Shown here: positions 55,367 through 64,000 of the stretch, piece after piece | Layout of the letters: each line of letters begins with the position of its first letter | Numbering within the stretch: position 1 is the first letter of the stretch | Assembly: GCF_009914755.1 (NCBI RefSeq) | Contig: NC_060932.1 | DNA from: the human T2T-CHM13v2.0 reference genome, Homo sapiens | Strand: one strand, 5' to 3' | DNA length: 64,000 nt | Program-made: the position numbers and the translations under genes | Notes under the pieces: model-generated | The model's database searches: none | Seen by the model: only the letters and a program-made list of their open reading frames with translations | What the model was told of the DNA's origin: nothing

Positions 55367-55536
55367 CTTTGAAGATACAATAAGAAATTCATCCAATAGA
55401 AGTAAACAGCAATTGCTCCACATTGCCACTGCAGATGAGCTGGTATTTCAACAAACAAGGGCAGCACAAAAATGATGCCCGTCGTGTAGATAATCCATTC
55501 AAGAACATTGCTTATATCCATAAAATAATTCCTTTT
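55367..55536 (-). CDS. TRPA1: TRPA1 exon 21 (170 bp), S3-S4
   Basis: KRNYFMDISNVLEWIIY...FYWMNFLLYLQ(R); cccag acceptor, GTAAAA donor. Confidence 0.98.
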
Positions 55537-57061
55537 CTGGGATAGAAAAGAATAAAAAATTACCACATATAGAGACCTAGCATCTATGGATGGTTATATA
55601 CATGCACCCCGTAATACAATTTTTCTAGCTTTGCAGCCAGCTGGGGAGAAGTTTAGGACCAAGGAGTAACCTCACGCCATCCTGGATTGACTTCAGAGTC
55701 CCCGGGGTATGAATCGGTGTTGGAGATGGCCCAGAGCCCTCTGTTAACCTGGTGTTATGGGAATCCGACGCCTAAGGAAATCCTACAAATTGCTGGGCTT
55801 TCCCTGTGGAGTCCACTCCATCTTAAGAAAACTTCTTGGGGACTGCAAGTTGGTTCAGTAATTCCTGGGGCCTTTCTATCCGTATAACAACATGAATGTG
55901 GAGCTCTCTTTATGAACTAAAGTTGTTTCTAAAAAGGTTTGGGACATGCACTGAGACTTAATTAGGAAATAAAAACAAATAATAATGGTATTTTCAAACT
56001 TTTTATGTATTGGTCATTAAATTTCCTATAGAGTAGGCCACTTAAATATCAATAAGAAAATGTGGAGATCAAATCTGATAGAGAATTCATATAACTTTAT
56101 AGCTCAATTTAAACTATAATCTGCAATTTTCATTTCTGGAAAATGAAAATAATGGCAAGAAAGATTAAGTAATGTGCCTTAAATCGTTTAAGGTAAAATG
56201 CAACATTACAGTCTATCAGAATTGTGACAAATTTCTTAATGTACCTATATGAAAGTACTTGCAATGTATAATATTTAAAAAATGCAAACCATTATTATCA
56301 AATTTATAAATGCAAATATCTATGTGCTTACGTGATGCAACAAAGAAAATTTTCACAGAAAGTGAGGTGTTGTATAAAAGACATATGATTTATAAAAATA
56401 ATATTCATGAACATATACAAAAAAATTATAAAGACTTTCAACCTTCATACTGAGAAAAGAAGGATCAACTTTTGCCATTTATCAACCAAAGGTAGGACCT
56501 GCAGATAATTTATACACTTGGTTCTGATCTGAACTTGGCTCACTTATTTAAAAAGTGGAATATAAAGTAAAAATTTTGCTGTAAAAAGTTCCAAAATTGT
56601 ATTAAAACTTGGAATTTTATTTAATCAAAAAAGTATTTCTGTTAGAAAAGGAATTCAAAGAAAGACCCATTTGAAATGGAGTCTTGGGCCAGATAACTTC
56701 TTTATAAACATTTACATTTAAAATTATCAAGTTCAAAATGTAACCATTATGTTAGCAAAATCTTTAAAACTATGTAAGAGAAAAGAAAGTTCACTCATAA
56801 TGACCATTTGTAGTTAGATGTTTAAGGACCAGTAAAAGTGGAACATCTCTTTCATAGATATATCAAATAGGCAGGGACCTTACCTAAAATCATGTGATTT
56901 CTACATTTTGAAACATTTATGCTTGGTGTTTCTAATCTATATGGTAGTCAAGCTATGTAATTTTATTATGACATAATATCTCAAGTAATAGCTTATCAAT
57001 TAACTTATGTTCTGCATATGAAAATATGTGCAACTTTAGAGATACAAAATGTATTACATAC

Positions 57062-57151
57062 CTGTTGGAAAATTTGCCCCGCTTCTTTGCAATACCCAAA
57101 TATACTTGATAAAAACACTAAAATCATACAAGTTTTTATTAGATATGAATT
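57062..57151 (-). CDS. TRPA1: TRPA1 exon 20 (90 bp), S2
   Basis: NSYLIKTCMILVFLSSIFGYCKEAGQIFQQ; ttttag acceptor, GTATGT donor; phase 0-0. Confidence 0.97.
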
Positions 57152-57424
57152 CTAAAACAAAAAAGGATAAGACACATAGTTATGAGAGATATAAAACACT
57201 TTAACATTTCCATAATTTTCACTATTAAATTTCTTTTTTCTTTTTTTTTTGCTTAATTTCTATATACTGTCCACTTTGAGTTAAACAGAAAATTTAACTG
57301 ACACCAATACTCATATAATTTACTAGAGATGAACACACCCTCATTTAGGAATGTCCTTATTAAGTGAAGTTCAAAAATTGCTAATTGAATTAAAAAAGAA
57401 TATGAATCTGTAGGCCAATATAAA

Positions 57425-57665
57425 ATTATTTATTGTGGCAAAATACATATAACAAAACTTACCATTTTAAAAGTTACATTTTACATGTACATTTTAAAAT
57501 ATATAATTCAGTGGCATTAAGTATATTCACAGTGTTATACCACCATCACCATTATCTAGTTCCATAACTTTTTCATCATCTTGGATGGAAACCACATATC
57601 CATAAAGCATCTCTCCCCATTTCCCATGTCCCACAGTCCCTGGCAACTACAAATCTGCTTTCTTG
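57425..57665 (-). mobile_element. L1MB-type 3' end
   Basis: aattcagtggcattaagtatattcacagtgtt; ccctggcaactacaaatctgctttct. Confidence 0.8.
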
Positions 57666-57943
57666 TACACCTATTTTAAAGTTTTACACTTCAGTATTTA
57701 AGCTAGCATCTAACACATGTCAATTCTTTTTAAATTAGTTTACAAACTCATTAGTTGACCTGTTTGTTTATATTCCCTCTCCTTCCACAAAGGATTTTAG
57801 GAGAAATTATTACTGTATACAAATTCTTACAGGCTATTTATAATAAAGTCCTGATATGTCAGATTTATTATGGGTTTAGTAGTCTTAAGAAAAAATACAT
57901 TTTTTATAATCCTTTATTTTAGAAAGTTAAAATTTGAAATTAC

Positions 57944-58106
57944 CGTGGTATCTAGTATTTCTGAATGATCACTAGTTTCATTGATGATGCCAGTTGAGTT
58001 GAAAGCCATTCCTGGTTTTATATTGACAACGAGAATGGTCATAGGTATGAGACCAAGACAGTAAGATCCTAAATTCATCATATGAGCTCTAAATCCATAA
58101 GCCAAC
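57944..58106 (-). CDS. TRPA1: TRPA1 exon 19 (163 bp), S1 and S1-S2 loop
   Basis: (W)LAYGFRAHMMNLGSYCLG...SEILDTT; gtag acceptor, GTAATT donor; phase continues from exon 18. Confidence 0.98.
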
Positions 58107-58805
58107 CTACAAAAATATAAGCAAACCAGAATTGAGTCATTTCAAACAAAAATATTTACTTAAGATACCTGGGGAAAAAATGGTTATAACCTCTTTCAGA
58201 AACCTTGTTGGTAAATTCACTGAAGCTTAAGATCAAGTAAATCTTCTAATTCACCTTTTTCATTTTCAGAGAAGGAACCTCAAGTTCTAAGCAAATTACG
58301 ACTTAACAAATTAATGAAAGAGCCAGGATGTTAGCCCATATAATCTGTCGGCAATATGAGTGCTCTTCCTAGAACACACCTCTTTCTTCATTGTCAGCTA
58401 AATTTCAGGGTCCAGGATATTTCTACATGTTCTATACAATGATCCTTTCCATGCCCCCAAATATTTCATTTAATGTTAAAGATAAATTTTAGGCTCTAAA
58501 GAGCTTCTTCATGTCTTATATAATAATTCCCTCCCACCCTGCAAATATTTTATTTAATGATAAGGATAAACAATGCCAGCATTTTTTTTAACCTTAACTT
58601 CTTTTTATTTGGTCTTTTTCACTTTATTTTATTATTATTATACTTTAAGTTCTAGGGCATTTGCCTTACTTATTTCTTCAAAGTAAAAACATTAAAATAA
58701 CAAAAGCTAAAACATTAAAATACCATTACAATATAATTGTTTTGAAGGCTTTGTAATAGATCCAATAGACACAGCATTAAACAAGAAATACTACTCAATA
58801 CCCAC

Positions 58806-58876
58806 CATTTCATGAGTAAATATTCTTTACACACAGGATGATTGAGAAGCTCTATGCGGTTATTTTGTACCATTGC
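58806..58876 (-). CDS. TRPA1: TRPA1 exon 18 (71 bp), linker/pre-S1 region
   Basis: Translates to AMVQNNRIELLNHPVCKEYLLMK(W); acceptor tctcag, donor GTGGGT. Not in the ORF track. Upstream exons lie beyond the window end. Confidence 0.97.
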
Positions 58877-59367
58877 CTGAGAAATAAAAAAAAGTGTAAT
58901 AAAAACACAATCATAATCAACTACTGAGTATAAACTAATCTATTTATTGTCTGGTTTTATAACTGTGTTTGGTATTGTAAAAGTAACACCTATTTTAGAA
59001 CATTGAAAAAAATAAAAATTAGATCAAGGTTTTAAAAAACACAAATTAGAGATAACCATTTTGTACAGGTAAAATTGTTTGATTCAGTCTGTTTCTTTAG
59101 ATTTCTGACTACTTAACCTAGCATAAGCTTTTTAATCTTATACAGGATTACAACAGGAAAGGACATTAAAGATAAATTAGCAAGAGTTATACCCTCATTG
59201 TGTCCTTGAAGAAATTCAGGCTTATCTTTCCAGAAGGATTTTATGCAGTAGAATATACATACATAGTTGTTCAATTAATCTAGATCATAAGTTTTCATTA
59301 GAGTTATTTGTGACTACTAGTATTTATTTAAAAATTAGTTTTTAATTATTCAAGACATACATAAATA

Positions 59368-62165
59368 GAGGGACTGATGCCAACAAGGGAGCAAAATAGG
59401 AAGTCCCAGGCCCTCCTTCCTCCATAGAGATATGGAATTGAAAACAATACACAGAACATTTTCTTTGTGAGCAATCCCAAACTTAGTTAACGTGTTTCTG
59501 TACCCAAGGTGAGCATGTAGCCAAAATCAACCATATCAAAGACAGTAGGAAAATGCATGGCCTTTACATGCCACAGATCCTCCGTCTGGCAAAGCACAGT
59601 GCCATTGGGAGAAAACTCCCAACTCCTGCCTTCTCCCTGGAAAGAGAAAGAAAAGAGTGGAACATATCCACTAACTTCTGACTTCTAAGGGGCTGCCCAA
59701 GGGAATGATTTTTATCTTGCCTGAATCTAAGCTCTGACATGAATGGGTCTCAGGAGGGGACCACTGATAACAAAGTAGATCACTGGGTCTTAGTCTAGCA
59801 CCAGAGAAGATAGAGTGTCAACAGACAGATCCTAGGCAGTGTCCCAGTATCATGACTTGCTACAGCATCAAAGACACAGGGAAAAAGAGACAAAAAGTCT
59901 ACCACATACTGAAAGCAATTAACAAAATGGCAATAGTAAGTCCTTTCCTGTCAATAATTATTTTAAAGGCAAACTGGTTAATCTCTCCTATTAAAATACA
60001 ATGGTTGATTGAATGGATAAAACCCAGGATTCAACTACATGCTCTTTACAAGAGACTCACTTTAGATATAAGAACACAGGCTGAAATTGAACGGATGGAA
60101 AAAGATATTCCATGCAAATGAGAACCTGAAGTGAAAAGAAACAGCCATATTTACATCAGACAAAATAGACTTTAAGACAAAAACTGTGAGAAGAAACAAA
60201 GGACAATATATAATGATAACAACGTCAACTCACCAGGAAGATACAACAATCATAAATATATACCCACCTCACATTAGAGCTCCCAAAAATATGGAGCAAA
60301 CTTAGAACTGAAGGGAGAAATAAACAGCAACACAATAATGGTAGGCGACTTCACTATCTGACTTTCAGTTATGGATAGAACAACCAGACAGAAGTTCAAT
60401 AAGGAAACAGAAGACGTGAACCACAGCATAGATCACTTTACCTAACAGACATACACAGAACAGTTCACCCTATGATGCAACAGAAGAATAGATATTCTTC
60501 TCAAGCACACATAGAACATTCTCTAAGATAGACCACATATTAGGCCATGAAGTATTAAAACATTTCAAAAGATTGAAGTCATATAAAATATCTTCCTCAC
60601 TACAGTGGAATAAAACTAGAAATCAAAAGTAGAAGGAAAATATGAAAATCGAAAAACCTGTGGAAGCTTAACAACTCACTCTTAAACAGCAAATAGGTCA
60701 AAGACAAAATAAAACAGAAATTTAAAGTACATCTGGAAACAAATGAAATGAAAACATAATATACCAAAATGCATGAGGTACAACTAAAGCAATACTAAGA
60801 GGCAAGTTTATAATGGTAAATACTTATGTTATAAAAGAAGAAAGATTTTAAATCCATAATTTAACTTAAAACTCAAGGAAATAAAGAAAGAAGAACAGAC
60901 TAAACCTAAGATTAGCAAAATGAAGAAAATAATAATGATTAGAGCAGAGATAAATGTAATAGAGAATAGAAAAACAATAGAAAAAAATCAATGAAACCAA
61001 GAATTGGTTTTTTGAAAAGATAAACAAAATTAACAAAATTTTACTGACTAATTAAGGAAAAAGGAGAGATGATTTATTGACTATGACACCAACAGGACAG
61101 GCAACTAAAGCAAAAGCAGACAAACAGGACTATATAAAGTTAAAAATTTCTTCAAGTCAAAGGAAGCAATGACCAAAGTGAAAAGGCAACCTATGGAATG
61201 AGAATAAATATTTGTAAATCATATATCTTATAAGGAGTTAATATCCAGAATATTTGAGGAACTCCTACAACTCAACAAGACAATAAATAACCCAATTGAC
61301 AAATGGGTCAAGGCTGTGAATAGGCATTTCTCCAAAGAAGATACATGAATAGTCAATAAGCACTATTGTTTATGACTATTGAATGAGAAGATGCTCAACA
61401 TCATTCATTATTAGGGAAATGCAGTTTAAAACCACAACGAGATACCACTTCGCATCCGTTAGGTTGGCCACTATCAAAAGAACAAAAAATAACAAGTATT
61501 GGTGAGCATGCTGAGAAACTGGAATCTTTGTGCACTATTGGTGGGAATGTAAAATGGAACAGTCATTGCGGAAAACAGTATTGGGGTTCCTCAAGAAATT
61601 AAAAATAGAATCACCACAGGATCCAGCAAGCCTACTTCTAAATGTGTATATGAAGAGTTTAAAGCAGGATCTCAAAGAGATATTTGTATAATAATGCTAT
61701 AGCATTATTCACAATAGCCAAAAAGGGAAAGCAACCCAGTGTCTTCAACAGACAAACAGATAAGGAAAATATGGTATATACATACAATGGAATATTATTC
61801 AGCCTTCAAAAGAAGGAAGTCTTGTCACATGCTCTAACATGGATGAACCTTAAGGAGATTATAGTAACTGAAATAAGCCAGTCACAAAAGTACAAATACT
61901 GTAAGATTCCACTTTATATGAAGTACCTAAGGTGGAGAAAAATCACAGAAACAAAAAGTAGAAGGGTGGTTGCCAAGGGCTGGGGGAAAGATGATGGAAG
62001 TTACTGTTTAATAAGTATAGAGTTTCAGTTTTGCAACATGAAATAATTTTAGACATCTCTTGAGTAACAATGTGAAAATACTTGACACTACTGAACTATG
62101 CATTTAAAAAGAGTTAAGACAGTAAATTTAACTTTATGCTTTTTACCACAAGTAAAAAAGAAGAA
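59368..62165 (+). mobile_element. Old L1 (L1MA/L1MB-type) with internal deletions, intron 17
   Basis: 5' UTR-like segment, ORF2 endonuclease remnant (LSIIILKANWLISPIK), ORF2 C-terminus and 3' UTR. Confidence 0.85.
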
Positions 62166-64000
62166 ATACCCAGACAAATTCTCCTTTAAAATACTGGAAC
62201 ATCGGGATAAGGCCATAGTTCTCACCACACCTAAGCCTCAGTTCTAGGCAGGCCTCCATTTCCTCAATAGTATCATCATTGCTTACTTGTACATCCTTCC
62301 AAATCCTTTTCTATATTTCTACACAGAAACACCCATGTTCAAAAACTCAAACGTAGTTATAGAAAAAGGGATAATTATTTTGTATTTACGTTTTTACTCA
62401 AATTATGTCTTCAATTTGCTTATTTATTCAACACAGCCTAGAAACATATGAATGTTATATAAAGATTCATCAAGAACATTGTTTTTAAATATTGCTTAAT
62501 ATTTCATCATTTGGATATAGTAGTTTATTAAGACCTTCCCTTATTTATAAATATTATTATTGTTTCACATTTTATAATTAAAAATGATGCAGCCAGAATG
62601 GTCTTCTTAGCCCTTGGGGAAGTTTTTAATTTTAATTTGATGAGTTACAGATTTCATTTCTAGAAAATTCTCAGACATTATCCTTTCAATTTTCTCCCTA
62701 TCTTTCCATCTCTTTTTAAAAATGTCCATCTTTCGGAAATAACTGTTAGATAGAAGTTGGAATTTCTGTTTTTAGCTTCCTTGTATTAACTTTGATTTGA
62801 TTGTACTTTCCAAAATTATTCACCAAACAACTTATAGGTTTTTGCACTAAACACCCACTTACATTTTGAAAAAGCCTATACTATAATTTTCATCAGCACT
62901 CTATTACATTTTTTCAATTTTAGTATTCATAAAAATCTTTTAGAAGCTTATTTAAAATTTTGATTATTAGGTCTACCCTCAAGCATTCTGGGTTAGTAGG
63001 TCTAAGATGGGCCTTAGGAACCTTCATTTTAACAAGAACCACAATAATTCTGATTCAAGCAGCCAGAGATTCCAGTTTAAAAACTACTACTGTGACACCA
63101 ACAATGGAATATTTCCAGGTTCACCATTTTTCTTTTCTATTTATTTTTACCCCAACCATTTGAAAAGTAATTGAGATATATTTATATACAATAGTCTGGG
63201 GGGAATAAAAGAACCCCTTGCAAATATTCATTATCAATTGGATGCCCAGTGGAGCCCGAAAAGCTATATATCTAGCTATTCTTGGGAAAAAAAAAAAAAC
63301 TGGCAAGATCTAGCTATTGTTTTTGAGACCTCATCTAAACTTCCACGTAGATTTGACTTTTTTTCCATTTAAAATTAATGGTTTCTTCAAGCTAAAATAA
63401 AAAATATGGAAAAATATTTGTGAGAGTAATTCAGAATGTTACTATTAATATTTTTAAAACACCATACTAGAAACACACACAGATACTTGTTTTCAATGTG
63501 CTTTCATTAAAACAATCCTCTTACGTTTCTGAAATCTTGTAACTCTGCTTTTAAACTAATAACAAATACAGAAAACCTACCCCTTGAGGCATGCAAGTAC
63601 ATTGTTAAGTTTAAATATCACCCAAATAAAGTGTAAATAAGACAAAGTATCCAATGCATTTGTAGCTATGCTAATGGATTTTCCACAGTAGCTCTACTCT
63701 TGCATGCACCATTAATGAAAATAGCCTCTCACTGGCTCCAGTTTGTCTTAATCTCAGTGTCTGATTTCTTATGTTCTCTATTTGGTGCATCTAGACTTTC
63801 AAATTTTCTGTGCACAGTAATTTCTCATCAGGCCAGTTACCTTCCTAAAGAGCCCCACTCAGCTCACTTACAACTAAAGGAAGGTTTCATAAGCTATTAA
63901 GGCATTGCAGAATCAGGTGCTGTTTTGATATCTAGTACATTGCATTTATCTAAGTGAACCTATTTTATTTAAATTATACTTTGCCCATTGTTATATATTG

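Overview
Human genomic DNA, AT-rich and dense in primate and mammalian repeats. The right third holds the 3' part of TRPA1 on the minus strand: ten coding exons (18-27 in the standard numbering, residues about 688-1119), all with GT-AG boundaries and continuous frame, then a 3' UTR of about 1.65 kb with three AATAAA signals. The left two thirds are 3' flank, which from recalled annotation lies inside the antisense lncRNA MSC-AS1; that cannot be confirmed from sequence. The main feature the ORF track misses is an old, heavily decayed processed pseudogene of ZC3H14 (about 33.9-38.1 kb, minus strand), split by MER41, AluJ and MER44 insertions. It carries a strong CTCF-like motif, and its MER41 LTR carries STAT motifs. 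Also notable: an orphan CpG island with tandem CTCF-like motifs, a DNA transposon 7 nt from the donor of the gate exon, an inverted Alu pair around exons 22-23, a possible intronic poly(A) route to a TM-less isoform, and an exact copy of the G-quadruplex oligo T30177. I found no convincing new multi-gene system. All matches were made by eye against recalled sequences, so repeat subfamilies and edges are approximate.
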